From Patescibacteria group bacterium (GTDB lineage Bacteria; Patescibacteriota; UBA1384; UBA12157; JAENIV01), in the NCBI GenBank assembly GCA_041666185.1, contig JBAYHL010000005.1, forward strand, positions 1-58,498: a DNA stretch of 58,498 nucleotides. The letters are read 5' to 3'. The notes under the pieces are model-generated. The model saw nothing but the letters and a program-made list of their open reading frames with translations, was not told the DNA's origin and searched no databases. Position 1 is the stretch's first letter. The number at the start of each line of letters is the position of its first letter. The translations under genes and the position numbers were made by a program. Shown in pieces: positions 1-9,391 of the stretch.

Positions 1-701
1 CTAGTTTCTTTTAATGGAGCACTGGCTACTTCTTCTTTTGATAAAAGATCAATAATAAATAAATTAACATTTCTTACTTTAGCTTTACGAAGGAGTTTAG
101 CAATTTGCAAGCCGGCTTTTGAAGGGCTATTCAAAGTAATAATTTGTCTTAAAGATTCTAAGGAAATATTTTCAAAAAGACTTCTATTGGCAATAAGAAC
201 TTTGTCGTGAACCTTAAGTTGTCCGGAAACAACATTTGAAAATGTTTTTAGAGGATGAATTTCAACTTTTTGATTTAACCCTTGAGTTAAATGATCAATT
301 TTGCCATTTCTGAAAAGATAAGCCTCAATTTTCCCGGAAGGGGAAAGTATTAAACTGTCACCAACAATTGTTGCTAGAGCACCATTTAATTTACCGATCC
401 ATTCTGTTTCTCCGTTTTGAGTAACTTGAGCTAAATTATCATTAATTTTTTTTAGGGCAGTTTCGAAATTAACTAAATCAGAAGTGCTACCATCTTGATA
501 ATAGGCTTTAGAGAAATTATTAATAACCATTTGACCAATTTGAGCTGAAGAGTGCCAAGGTGAAAGAATTTCAATCAACGAAAAAACCTCACCCATCGTT
601 GACTTAGTCAAGTCTTGCGGTTTGGTATGCATTGAACTCAAAAATCGGTCAGAGAGTTTTCCTAGAGATGTTACTTTTGCAAATTGAATTTCGTAATTCA
701 T
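1..701 (-). CDS. Hypothetical protein, N-terminal 233 aa only (ORF runs off window edge); possibly a degenerate PP2C/SpoIIE-like fold
   Basis: Own translation of minus strand from ATG (comp. 699-701): MNYEIQFAKVTSLGKLSDRF...; open to position 1; not in supplied ORF track. Block ATIVGDSLILSPSGKIEAYLFRNGKIDHLTQG resembles the PP2C GDSRaYl.r.G....LT.DH block. Confidence 0.5.
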   Translation of the reverse strand, partial: MNYEIQFAKVTSLGKLSDRFLSSMHTKPQDLTKSTMGEVFSLIEILSPWHSSAQIGQMVINNFSKAYYQDGSTSDLVNFETALKKINDNLAQVTQNGETEWIGKLNGALATIVGDSLILSPSGKIEAYLFRNGKIDHLTQGLNQKVEIHPLKTFSNVVSGQLKVHDKVLIANRSLFENISLESLRQIITLNSPSKAGLQIAKLLRKAKVRNVNLFIIDLLSKEEVASAPLKET

Positions 702-726
702 ATTTATTTTTAAAAGGTAGTTTATC

Positions 727-803
727 TGGTCGGGGATAGGAGATTCGAACTCCTGGCCTCGCGCACCCCATGCGCGCGCGCTACCGGACTGCGCCAATCC
801 CCG
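727..803 (-). tRNA. tRNA-Pro (anticodon GGG)
   Basis: Reverse complement CGGGGATTGGCGCAGTCCGGTAGCGCGCGCGCATGGGGTGCGCGAGGCCAGGAGTTCGAATCTCCTATCCCCGACCA folds as a cloverleaf; anticodon loop ATGGGGT; T-loop TTCGAAT; encoded CCA. Confidence 0.9.
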
Positions 804-901
804 GGCTGTTTACCTTATAGGCTCAGTCATAAGCTAAATAAAGAAAGCACCAACTTATTAAAGGTGTAGTAATTTATATTTTATCATCTTAAAAATTCTT
901 T

Positions 902-1528
902 TTAAAGTGATATTGATTTACCGGTGATTAACGTGAAGAAAAAGGTAACCGCTCTTGTCATAAATTCTGGTAGTATTGGATAAAAGAAACTGGAAAAAAT
1001 AATAACAATAAAAAGAATTGTAATACCGACTTGTTGAAAATAAATATAAGTTTCTTCTTTTAAGAAAAGTCCTAAAATTTTCGAACCGTCCAGTGGGGGA
1101 ATGGGTATGAGGTTAAAAATCATTAAAACTAGATTAAAGAAAATTGTAATAATAAATAATTGACCAATCGCTTCTGGTAAATTAACAAATCTTAAAACTA
1201 ATCCTAAAATAATTGCCAAGACCAAATTGCTTATAGGGCCAGCTAGTGCAACAGTTAAATTATCTAGTTTTGGATTGTGGAAATTGTTAGGGTTAACATT
1301 AACTGGTTTTCCCCAGCCAAACCCGGCGAGCAATAAAAAAATTGTTCCCAAAGGGTCAAGGTGAGCGATTGGGTTAAGAGTTATTCGTCCTTGCATTTTT
1401 GCTGTTGGGTCACCATACAAATTAGCTACCCAAGCATGACTGGCTTCGTGGATAGTGATAGCCACAAGTAAGGCAATAACAAACTCTAAAAATTGTAACG
1501 GGTCGGATATAAGACTAAAAATTAACAT
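902..1528 (-). CDS. Site-2 protease family (peptidase M50) membrane metalloprotease
   Basis: HEASHAW (HExxH) in a TM helix, NLIPIPPLDG motif, multiple TM segments. Confidence 0.85.
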   Translation of the reverse strand: MLIFSLISDPLQFLEFVIALLVAITIHEASHAWVANLYGDPTAKMQGRITLNPIAHLDPLGTIFLLLAGFGWGKPVNVNPNNFHNPKLDNLTVALAGPISNLVLAIILGLVLRFVNLPEAIGQLFIITIFFNLVLMIFNLIPIPPLDGSKILGLFLKEETYIYFQQVGITILFIVIIFSSFFYPILPEFMTRAVTFFFTLITGKSISL

Positions 1529-1625
1529 AATAATTTAAAGATAAGCTTGACTTATTTACTCAAATATAATACCATAAATAAAGAATCTATCACAACTTTG
1601 TTGTTAGCCAAGCAAGAGGAGAAAA

Positions 1626-1799
1626 ATGAATATTTGCGAAATTTGCGGCAAAAAGCCAGAAATGGCTTTTAATAGGCCTCATTCGCTCCATCATACAAAA
1701 AGAGTTGTAAAACCAAACATTCAGAAAAAAGAAGGTATAAATATGTGCACTCGATGTATGAGGACCGTTTACAAAAAGAGAGTTTCCGTTAAAGGATAA
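1626..1799 (+). CDS. rpmB: 50S ribosomal protein L28
   Basis: 57-aa ORF found by eye (below ORF-track cutoff): MNICEICGKKPEMAFNRPHSLHHTKRVVKPNIQKKEG...; matches the L28 pattern C.vtGK....gn..SHa...tkR...PN.q. Confidence 0.8.
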   Translation: MNICEICGKKPEMAFNRPHSLHHTKRVVKPNIQKKEGINMCTRCMRTVYKKRVSVKG

Positions 1800-1833
1800 A
1801 CTCTCTTTTTGGTATTAATCAAATTTCTATAAC

Positions 1834-2127
1834 TTAAGCGTTAGAATCTTGACCAGCATTCTTTGACTTTGCAAAGCAGTCAGCACAGAGGACGTCGTTA
1901 GGGTCACGTGGTTCAAACGGTACTTGTCCTTCTTTTCCGCATTCTTTACAAATAATAGAATACATTTGCCGATTGGCTTTTTGTTCTTTTTGCTTTTTGC
2001 GGCAGTCAGGACATCGTCCTGGTGGGTTCTGTAGTCCTTTGTCTTGGTAAAACTTTTGTTCACCAGCTGACCAAGTAAAGTCCTTTGAACATTCTTTGCA
2101 CGCTAAAGTTTTGTCTTGTAAATCCAT
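1834..2127 (-). CDS. Zinc-ribbon protein with two CxxC...CxxC pairs
   Basis: CKEC...CPDC and CKEC...CADC pairs; 97 aa. Confidence 0.65.
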   Translation of the reverse strand: MDLQDKTLACKECSKDFTWSAGEQKFYQDKGLQNPPGRCPDCRKKQKEQKANRQMYSIICKECGKEGQVPFEPRDPNDVLCADCFAKSKNAGQDSNA

Positions 2128-2249
2128 ATTATTAAAAAAATCCCTTGATATTAGTTGTTAGTTCGACCCCATGCAATCTTTATTGCATACCATAAATACT
2201 ATAAACTAAATAGTTCCATTTGTCAAGTTTTGTGGTAGTTTTAAAGTAT

Positions 2250-2915
2250 ATGAATTTAGATAGTAAATTTTCTAAATATATTAAGCTTCAGGCCAAGACT
2301 GGGAGTATTTCCCATGCTTATTTAATTTTTGGCGATTTTGAGCCAAAAGCATTAATAGAGGTTTACCAAATTCAGGCAGCTGATATTTTTTTTGTTGAGG
2401 AAGCACCTATTAAAATTAGTCATATTCGTGAACTTATTCATTGGTTACAGTTAAAACCCCATAGTTCGTCTAAAAAATTAGTGATTTTGCCTCAAATAGA
2501 AAGTATGACACTCGAAGCGGCTAATTCTTTGTTAAAAGTTTTAGAAGAACCTCCTAGCTATGCAATCTTAGTTCTACAAGCGTTTAAAAAAGAAAAAATA
2601 TTACCAACTATTCTTTCGCGCTGTCAAGTAATTCGTGAAGGAGAAAAATTAAATAGCAATATTCCAGAAAACTATTTATCGGTAAAAAAAATTAATCAGA
2701 TGTTAGTTGCAGAACGTTTTAATTATGTTAATGAAATTATTGTTGGTAAGAATTTGAACCAGTTTATTGATTTATGGGAGGCGGAAATTCGCTTGGAACT
2801 TTTAGAAGGTAGTGATGCTAGGGGCACTTTGGCAAGTATTTCCAAGGCCAGAAGTTTACTTTTGACCAATACTTCTGTAAAATTACTATTAGAAAATCTA
2901 GTTTTAAAATTTTAG
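2250..2915 (+). CDS. holB: DNA polymerase III delta-prime subunit (clamp-loader AAA+, degenerate P-loop)
   Basis: SHAYLIFG near N-terminus, LLKVLEEPP, TILSRCQVI (SRC motif). ATG 2250 preferred over TTG 2220 by N-terminal length. Confidence 0.75.
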   Translation: MNLDSKFSKYIKLQAKTGSISHAYLIFGDFEPKALIEVYQIQAADIFFVEEAPIKISHIRELIHWLQLKPHSSSKKLVILPQIESMTLEAANSLLKVLEEPPSYAILVLQAFKKEKILPTILSRCQVIREGEKLNSNIPENYLSVKKINQMLVAERFNYVNEIIVGKNLNQFIDLWEAEIRLELLEGSDARGTLASISKARSLLLTNTSVKLLLENLVLKF

Positions 2916-2942
2916 TTTATATTGAGGAGTATTAACAACGAA

Positions 2943-3674
2943 ATGAAAAAAATATATATCCGTTTTGTCTCTACTAGTAAGATATGTTCTTATGATGATT
3001 GTGACGCGAAAGGGGAGGCAACATCTTTAAGTCCCAATCAACTCGTTTTGGTAGAAAACGATCAAATCATTGAAGAGGGGAGAGTAATAGAAAAACCTGA
3101 TTCTTTATCCGACTCGGAAGAGGGAAAGGGTGTAATCTTGAGAGTTTTGACAAAAGATGATCGTCAACAGTGTCTAGAGCTTAAAAATAATGCTCGTGAA
3201 TATATTGAAGAAGCTCAAAAAAAAGTTTTAAGGCATAATTTGGCGATGAAGATTTTGGATGCAGATTTTTCTTTTGATCAAAAGAAATTAACATTTTATT
3301 TTAGTGCTAATGGTCGGGTAGATTTTCGTGGGTTGGTTTTAGATATGGCAAAATCTTTCGAAAAATTGATTCGCCTTCAACAAGTTGGCGCTCGTGATGA
3401 AACGAAGCATTTTGGTGGTATTGGTAAATGTGGGAGAGAGTATTGTTGCGCTAAGTTTCTTAATGACACTGAAGAAATAAATTTAAAAATGGCAAAGAAC
3501 CAAGAACTATCAAATATTAATACAAGTAAACTTTTGGGTCGTTGTGGTAAACCAATGTGTTGTCTTTCTTTTGAAGAAAGAAGTTGCAAAAATTGTTCAA
3601 ATGATAAAAAGCCGGCTGTTCGTATTGGGCAAATCGCAGTGAACGCTCGTCGCAAGCTGAAGGGAGAAAAATGA
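2943..3674 (+). CDS. ricT: PSP1 C-terminal domain protein (YaaT/RicT family)
   Basis: DFSFDQKKLTFYFSANGRVDFRGLVLDMAKSFEKLIRLQQVGARDE plus Cys cluster GKCGREYCC...CGKPMCC; follows holB as in many Firmicutes. Start uncertain (2922 TTG or 2943 ATG). Confidence 0.75.
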   Translation: MKKIYIRFVSTSKICSYDDCDAKGEATSLSPNQLVLVENDQIIEEGRVIEKPDSLSDSEEGKGVILRVLTKDDRQQCLELKNNAREYIEEAQKKVLRHNLAMKILDADFSFDQKKLTFYFSANGRVDFRGLVLDMAKSFEKLIRLQQVGARDETKHFGGIGKCGREYCCAKFLNDTEEINLKMAKNQELSNINTSKLLGRCGKPMCCLSFEERSCKNCSNDKKPAVRIGQIAVNARRKLKGEK

Positions 3675-4174
3675 TTTGGAATTTATCAATAATTGCTGCT
3701 GTCGTTGTAATTTTAATTATCATTGCTAGACGTCTACCAGATGCTCGTAAAGTAATGCAGGAATCAAAAGGAGTAACTGACGAAGAAGTTAGCTTGTATG
3801 GCATGATTGCTCAAGCTGATGATGCTTTTGAATCTAAAGATTTTCAAAAGGCAGAGAGCTTATATATCAAAGTTGCTGCCTTAGACCCGGATAATGCGAA
3901 AGTTTACTCTCGTTTAGGGGCAATATATTTAGAACAGAAAAATTTTTACGATGCCAAAGACGCTTTTTTACAGGCTGCTAAATTAGAGCCAGAATTAGCT
4001 TCTCGTCATGTTAATTTAGGATTAGCATTTATGGGTCTTAAAGATTATTTTAAAGCAACAGAATCTTTTAAAAAGGCTTTAAATCTTGATCGTAAAAATA
4101 GCAAGTATAAAAAACTTTTGGAAAAAGTTCAAAAGTTGTATGAAAAAGAGAAAAAGAAATCCCCAAAGGGTTGA
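3671..4174 (+). CDS. Membrane-anchored TPR-repeat protein
   Basis: N-terminal TM helix, then three TPR-like repeats (AESLYIKVAALDPDNAKVYSRLGAIY..., KDAFLQAAKLEPE...); ATGA start/stop overlap with ricT. Confidence 0.7.
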   Translation: MIWNLSIIAAVVVILIIIARRLPDARKVMQESKGVTDEEVSLYGMIAQADDAFESKDFQKAESLYIKVAALDPDNAKVYSRLGAIYLEQKNFYDAKDAFLQAAKLEPELASRHVNLGLAFMGLKDYFKATESFKKALNLDRKNSKYKKLLEKVQKLYEKEKKKSPKG

Positions 4175-4226
4175 GAAAATCTTCTGCAAGTGCTAAAATT
4201 ACATTAGACGGGGGTATTTTAAGTAT

Positions 4227-4313
4227 GCCGGGTTGGCGGAGTAGTCAATCGCACCTGACTGTAAATCAGGCGCCTTTATGGCTTCGGGAGTGCAAATCTC
4301 TCACCCGGCACCA
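4227..4313 (+). tRNA. tRNA-Tyr (anticodon GTA), class II with long variable arm
   Basis: Acceptor GCCGGGT/ACCCGGC, anticodon loop CTGTAAA, long variable arm, T-loop, encoded CCA. Confidence 0.9.
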
Positions 4314-4320
4314 ATTCTGA

Positions 4321-4395
4321 GCCCGGATAGCTCAGTGGTAGAGCAACTCCATGGTAAGGAGTAGGTCGTCGGTTCAAATCCGATTCCGGGCTCCA
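4321..4395 (+). tRNA. tRNA-Thr (anticodon GGT)
   Basis: GCCCGGATAGCTCAGTGGTAGAGC...; anticodon stem ACTCC/GGAGT, loop ATGGTAA; TTCAAAT T-loop; CCA. Confidence 0.88.
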
Positions 4396-4396
4396 A

Positions 4397-4471
4397 GCCG
4401 ACGTAGCTCAGTGGTAGAGCATCTGTTTTGTAAACAGCAGGTCGGAGGTTCAAATCCTCTCGTCGGCTCCA
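4397..4471 (+). tRNA. tRNA-Thr (anticodon TGT)
   Basis: GCCGACGTAGCTCAGTGGTAGAGC...; anticodon loop TTTGTAA; TTCAAAT T-loop; CCA. Confidence 0.88.
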
Positions 4472-4513
4472 AATTAAGAAAATAGAGATAAGAAAAAAAG
4501 AAAGAAGAAAAAA

Positions 4514-4705
4514 ATGGCTAAATCAAAATCAATTTTATTTCAATTAGAATGCACCGAGTGTAAATCAAGAAATTACACAACTTCTAAAAATCCAACATCG
4601 GCAACTGGTGGAAATAAAGAAAAACTACAATTAGAGAAATTTTGTAAAAAATGTCGCAAGCACACAGCTCACAAAGAAGCCAAAATTTCTAAAGCAAAAA
4701 AGTAG
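4514..4705 (+). CDS. rpmG: 50S ribosomal protein L33
   Basis: 63 aa, CTECKSRNY...CKKCRKHTAHKE zinc-ribbon L33 pattern; classic position next to tRNA-Trp. Confidence 0.9.
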   Translation: MAKSKSILFQLECTECKSRNYTTSKNPTSATGGNKEKLQLEKFCKKCRKHTAHKEAKISKAKK

Positions 4706-4727
4706 AGGTATAGTTAAAGAGGGGAAT

Positions 4728-4801
4728 GGGAGCTTAGTTAAATGGTATAACGGGGGTCTCCAAAACCCTTGTTGGGGGTTCGATTCCCTCAGCTCCTGCC
4801 A
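4728..4801 (+). tRNA. tRNA-Trp (anticodon CCA)
   Basis: Anticodon stem GGGGT/ACCCT, loop CTCCAAA; TTCGATT T-loop; encoded CCA. Confidence 0.88.
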
Positions 4802-4837
4802 ACTTGCATTTTTAGGTCTATTTGATATAAAAACAAA

Positions 4838-4875
4838 GGGCTTTACTGGTTCAAAGTAGAGCTTTTTGTTTTTTA
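4838..4875 (+). terminator. Intrinsic terminator after tRNA-Trp
   Basis: 7-bp stem GCTTTAC/GTAGAGC (one G-U) followed by TTTTTGTTTTTT. Confidence 0.6.
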
Positions 4876-5131
4876 AGATGAAGTTTGGGCCAATAGTTTA
4901 AAGTATTTGTTTTTTTATTCTAAGTTTAGTATTATTTAATTTTTCCTAAAGAATGTTTCTTTTTCTGATTAATTCACTTTTTTGTTGTTTATATTCCATC
5001 GTCATTAATAAGTTCTCTTAATCTCATTTTTGTGAGGTTATCTATCTGTCTTTGGCTTTTAATCTTTATAACAAAATAAAAGTTTGTGATATCATTAAAA
5101 TAGAATAAAAAATATTAAAAGGAGGATACCT

Positions 5132-5638
5132 ATGGACACAAACTCACAGCAAGGAAACTCTAAATTCTGGATAATTGTTGTCGTAGTCATCGCCGTTCTT
5201 TTGATTGGCAGCGGCGCCTATTACTGGTTTAGTTATCGGTCAAAAGTGACTATCGGCCCGGATGGTAATACAATGAGTGTAGGCGAAAATGGTACTGCTG
5301 TGAAGCCCGCCAATTTTCCAAAGAACATCCCTGTTTATCCCGACGCTACTTATGACTCTTTTACAACCGGTCCGGATGGCTCAAGCTACGGCGCCAACAC
5401 TGCTGATTCGGCAGAAAAAATCACTGCTTGGTTCAATGAACAATTGCCTAAAAACGGTTGGACGGTTCAAATAATGAATCCTAATCTCATTAGCATCTCG
5501 GCTGGTGATCAAGTAGGTAACATAAATGTTTCGACCATTGAAGGTAAAAATAAGATTACTTTTTCTGTCGTGCCGAAATCAAGTTTGCCGGAAAACTACG
5601 ACCAGATAATTGAAGAACAAAAAGATCTTCTTGAGTAA
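5132..5638 (+). CDS. Hypothetical membrane-anchored extracytoplasmic protein
   Basis: Strong SD AAGGAGG; N-terminal TM helix (FWIIVVVVIAVLLIGSGAYYWF), then a soluble domain; no recognisable motif. Confidence 0.7.
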   Translation: MDTNSQQGNSKFWIIVVVVIAVLLIGSGAYYWFSYRSKVTIGPDGNTMSVGENGTAVKPANFPKNIPVYPDATYDSFTTGPDGSSYGANTADSAEKITAWFNEQLPKNGWTVQIMNPNLISISAGDQVGNINVSTIEGKNKITFSVVPKSSLPENYDQIIEEQKDLLE

Positions 5639-5712
5639 ATGCGGGATGAGTAATTGCTAGATAAAATTAGCTTGTAAATAAGTTTGAACATCGTCCATAA
5701 TGCCCTGCCAAT

Positions 5713-5757
5713 AAAAACAGATCCAAGCTATTAAAGTGGTTTGGGTCTGTTTTTTTG
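5713..5757 (+). terminator. Intrinsic terminator
   Basis: 10-bp stem ACAGATCCAA/TTGGGTCTGT (one G-U) followed by TTTTTT. Confidence 0.7.
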
Positions 5758-5779
5758 ATTAGCCTTACTTTTGGTATTT

Positions 5780-5788
5780 TGGTATAAT
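5780..5788 (+). promoter_or_regulatory. Extended -10 promoter (TGgTATAAT) for the pilus operon
   Basis: TGGTATAAT about 100 nt upstream of the pilB start, directly after a terminator. Confidence 0.5.
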
Positions 5789-5889
5789 TTAAACATCTCG
5801 CTACGTTCTGCCATTGCGACATTTTGTTTAATTATATATAGTAGAAATAGATATTATTTTAGCACACGTTCTCCTTTAAGGAGGGAGTT

Positions 5890-8199
5890 TTGGTGGTTGA
5901 TAAGAACCAGAAACTAATTGATGTTTTAATCCAACAAGGGAAGATAAAAACCGGCATTGATCCTAATTGGCGGAATCTTTCTAATTTAGAAATGGAAGAA
6001 AAACTCCAGTCGGAACACATAGTTTCTTCCGAGGATATTGCCCGAGGTTATGCTGGTCTCTATAGTTTGCCATACGTACATTTGGCTGATTTTCAAATTT
6101 CTCAAGATCTCTTAAATTTTATTCCCGAAGATTTAGCTAGAAATTACAAAATTATTGCTTACCAAGCTGAGAAAGAAACAGAGAGCAATGGCTTAAAGGT
6201 TGTTAGAATCGCAATCGCTGAACCAGTAAAATTAACTAGTAACTTACAGGAAGTTATTGCAAATTTAGAAAAACAAAAAGGTTTTAAAATTGAATTGGCC
6301 GTTACAACAATGGGTGATTTTTTAGCAGCAATTTCCAAGCGTCAAACTATTCCTTCTGGCAATCAAATGAAGGAACCAACAATGCCAGTTGCTAATTTTC
6401 AAAAAACTGATTTTAAAACGATTGAATTAGATAAAATTATTATTCCTTACGAAGTAATCACTAAATTTCCAGAAAATATTGCTCAAAAATATAATATGGT
6501 TGTTTTTGAAGCTCCCAACTCTTCTTTTATTAGAGTTGCTGTTGCTGATCCTGAAGATAAAAAAGTTAGAGAAATTTTAGATTTTGTTAAAACTAAAAAC
6601 GACATTACTATTGAAGAATATAAAGTAACTCCTTCAGAAGTTCAAAGAGCGATGCGTTTTTATAACCCAGAGGCATCTAAGCCGGTACCAAAGCCAACGC
6701 CACCACCACCGCAACCGACACCTACTCCAGAAATTCGTTCAGTGGAAAAAATTGTTCCGCCGCCTGTATCACCTCAACCTCAAGCACCGGTTCAAAATCA
6801 GCCTCAAGTAAAACCACAAGAAGAAATAAAGCAAGAAGAGATAAAACCCATACCTCCTCAAGTTCAAAAACCATTAGAAAAACCAATTTCACCGGTCCAA
6901 AAACAACCCGAAGAAACTCCGGAAGTTCAGGGGCCAAGTAAAAATCAATTAATAGTGCCAGTAGAAAATGACCTTGATAAATATTTAGGAACATCTGTTA
7001 AAGAAGTTTCTGATCTTCAAAAAATTGCCGAAACTGGGAACGTTCCAAAAATTGTTGCTGCCACAGTTGCTTTAGCGGTGGCAAAGAAGGCTTCAGATAT
7101 TCATATTGAAGCAACGGAAAAAAATGTTAGAATTCGGTTTCGTGTTGATGGTATATTGCGGGATATTATTAAATTATCGACAGAATTACAGCCAGCAATT
7201 ATTTCCCGTGTAAAAATTTTATCTAAATTGAAAATTGACGAAACCAGAATTCCTCAAGATGGTCGTTTTGATTGTATTGCTACAGGACACGCAATTGACC
7301 TTAGAATTTCAACACTACCAACTGTTCATGGCGAAAAAATTGCCATGAGGCTTTTAGATAAATCAGCCCATTTATATACTTTAGAAGAATTGGGGGTGAC
7401 GGGTAGGGGATTGAAACTTCTTTTGGAAAATATGAATAAACCTTACGGTATTATTCTTTCGACGGGTCCTACTGGATCTGGTAAATCAACTACTTTATAT
7501 GCTATTTTGACACGTATTTCTAATGCTTCGGTTAATATTGTTACTCTCGAAGATCCGGTTGAGTACGAAATGGCAGGTGTTAACCAATGTCAAATTAGAC
7601 CGAAAATTGGTTTTACTTTCGCTAATGGTTTAAGAAGTATCTTGCGACAAGATCCAAACATCATCATGGTTGGTGAGATTCGAGATGGCGAAACGGCAGC
7701 TTTATCTACTCACGCCGCTTTAACTGGTCACTTAGTTTTATCAACACTTCATACCAACGATGCTGCCGGTGCTCTTCCAAGATTGACAGATATGGGGGTT
7801 GAGCCGTTTTTTATTACTTCACTTATCAATGCTATTATCGGTCAAAGATTGGTAAGAAAACTTTGTCCGAAATGTAAAAGACAAGCACATATTCCAGAAC
7901 CAATTTTTAAACAAATTGAAAAAGAACTTGAAGGTTTTAATTTACCCAAACCGTACCAATTCTTTGAAGGAGCGGGTTGTAGTGAATGTGAATTAGGCTA
8001 TAAAGGAAGACTTGGCATTTTTGAAGTTTTGACAATGTCGCAAAGAATAGAAGAATTAGTTTTAGAAAAAAAACCATCATCAGTGATTAGAGATCAAGCC
8101 ATTAAAGAAGGTATGGTAACTATGAAACAAGATGGTTTAATAAAAGCTTTGAAAGGTTTAACAACGGTTAATGAAGTCATGAGAGTGATAACGGTGTGA
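5890..8199 (+). CDS. pilB: Type IV pilus assembly ATPase (GspE/PilB family) with an internal Pro-rich insert
   Basis: Two T2SS-E N-terminal-like domains, Walker A GPTGSGKST, VGEIRD, tetracysteine CPKC...CSEC; SD AAGGAGG. Start TTG 5890 or GTG 5893. Confidence 0.9.
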   Translation: MVVDKNQKLIDVLIQQGKIKTGIDPNWRNLSNLEMEEKLQSEHIVSSEDIARGYAGLYSLPYVHLADFQISQDLLNFIPEDLARNYKIIAYQAEKETESNGLKVVRIAIAEPVKLTSNLQEVIANLEKQKGFKIELAVTTMGDFLAAISKRQTIPSGNQMKEPTMPVANFQKTDFKTIELDKIIIPYEVITKFPENIAQKYNMVVFEAPNSSFIRVAVADPEDKKVREILDFVKTKNDITIEEYKVTPSEVQRAMRFYNPEASKPVPKPTPPPPQPTPTPEIRSVEKIVPPPVSPQPQAPVQNQPQVKPQEEIKQEEIKPIPPQVQKPLEKPISPVQKQPEETPEVQGPSKNQLIVPVENDLDKYLGTSVKEVSDLQKIAETGNVPKIVAATVALAVAKKASDIHIEATEKNVRIRFRVDGILRDIIKLSTELQPAIISRVKILSKLKIDETRIPQDGRFDCIATGHAIDLRISTLPTVHGEKIAMRLLDKSAHLYTLEELGVTGRGLKLLLENMNKPYGIILSTGPTGSGKSTTLYAILTRISNASVNIVTLEDPVEYEMAGVNQCQIRPKIGFTFANGLRSILRQDPNIIMVGEIRDGETAALSTHAALTGHLVLSTLHTNDAAGALPRLTDMGVEPFFITSLINAIIGQRLVRKLCPKCKRQAHIPEPIFKQIEKELEGFNLPKPYQFFEGAGCSECELGYKGRLGIFEVLTMSQRIEELVLEKKPSSVIRDQAIKEGMVTMKQDGLIKALKGLTTVNEVMRVITV

Positions 8200-8254
8200 G
8201 AATTTTCAATTTAAAATTTCAAATTTCAAATTATTATTGTAGTAGGAGGGTATT

Positions 8255-9322
8255 ATGCAACAAACTTTAGATCCACAAATGAAAAAACTTTTGGATTTAG
8301 CAATCCAACATAAAGCATCAGATCTTCATCTAACAGTTGGTGTCCCACCGGTTCTTAGAATTGATGGACGGCTTTCAACTGTTCCGGATGAAGGAGTCCT
8401 TATGCCTGAGCACGTCACAAGGCTGATTCAGTCCTTTATGACTCCTGAACAGTTAGAACATTTAAGAACTCAAAAAGAACTCGATTTCTCTTTTGGTTAT
8501 CATGATACTCGTTTTCGTACTAATGCTTATTTCCAAAAAGGCAACTTTGCTGCCTCTCTTCGTTTCATTCCAAAAATGATTAAAGGCCTTTCCGAGTTAA
8601 ACCTTCCGCCAATTTTGGAAAAATTTACCGCTCCCAGTCAAGGTTTTTTAGTGATCACTGGTCCGACTGGTCACGGCAAATCAACAACATTGGCTGCTCT
8701 TATTAATCGTATTAACGAGACTCGCAGTGAACACATCGTAACAATCGAAGATCCAATTGAATATGTTTTTGAACATAAAAAATCAATTATTTCTCAAAGA
8801 GAAGTTGGTTCTGATACCAATTCTTTTGCAAGGGCTCTTCGCAGTGCTCTTCGTGAAGACCCAAACGTTATTCTAATCGGTGAAATGCGTGATTTGGAGA
8901 CAATCGATGCAGCTTTGACTTTGGCGGAAACTGGTCACTTAGTTTTTACAACTTTGCACACTAATTCGGCCTCTCAAACTGCCGATCGTATAATTAACGT
9001 TTTTCCACCTCATCAACAGCAACAAGTTCGAATGCAGTTAGCTAATGTTTTATTAGGGGTAGTCTCACAAAGATTGCTACCTAAAACTTCAGGTGGTAGA
9101 ACAATTGCTTGTGAAATTATGGTGGCGAATTCTGCTGTTCGTTCAACCATCCGCGAAGGTAAAACCCATCAGTTACCTAACATTATTCAAACATCAGCCT
9201 CTGAAGGAATGATTTCTATGGATAAAGTTTTGGCTGAACTGGTTTCTAAGGGTGAAATTACAATTGACAATGCTTTAGCTTGGGCACTTGATCCCAAAGC
9301 TTTCAAGATGATGGTTTATTAG
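8255..9322 (+). CDS. pilT: Twitching-motility retraction ATPase
   Basis: ASDLHL, Walker A GPTGHGKST, IGEMRD, TGHLVFTTLHTNSA; 355 aa. Confidence 0.9.
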   Translation: MQQTLDPQMKKLLDLAIQHKASDLHLTVGVPPVLRIDGRLSTVPDEGVLMPEHVTRLIQSFMTPEQLEHLRTQKELDFSFGYHDTRFRTNAYFQKGNFAASLRFIPKMIKGLSELNLPPILEKFTAPSQGFLVITGPTGHGKSTTLAALINRINETRSEHIVTIEDPIEYVFEHKKSIISQREVGSDTNSFARALRSALREDPNVILIGEMRDLETIDAALTLAETGHLVFTTLHTNSASQTADRIINVFPPHQQQQVRMQLANVLLGVVSQRLLPKTSGGRTIACEIMVANSAVRSTIREGKTHQLPNIIQTSASEGMISMDKVLAELVSKGEITIDNALAWALDPKAFKMMVY

Positions 9323-9391
9323 AGATTTGTGATTGTTGTTTTGTTTTACGCAATCCAGTATATTTAAATTAAGTAGTTGAAAAGAGGTAAG

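Noticed and set aside
1827-2063. 78-aa minus-strand ORF overlapping the zinc-ribbon gene
   Set aside because: It is in a different frame of the same strand region as the better-supported CxxC protein (1834-2127) and has no motif.
2220-2249. TTGTCA-16-TAAAGT promoter-like sequence and TTG start for holB
   Set aside because: The -10 would end only 2 nt before ATG 2250, too close for that start. TTG 2220 is itself the putative -35. The start was set at 2250 on N-terminal length, and the promoter is left uncalled.
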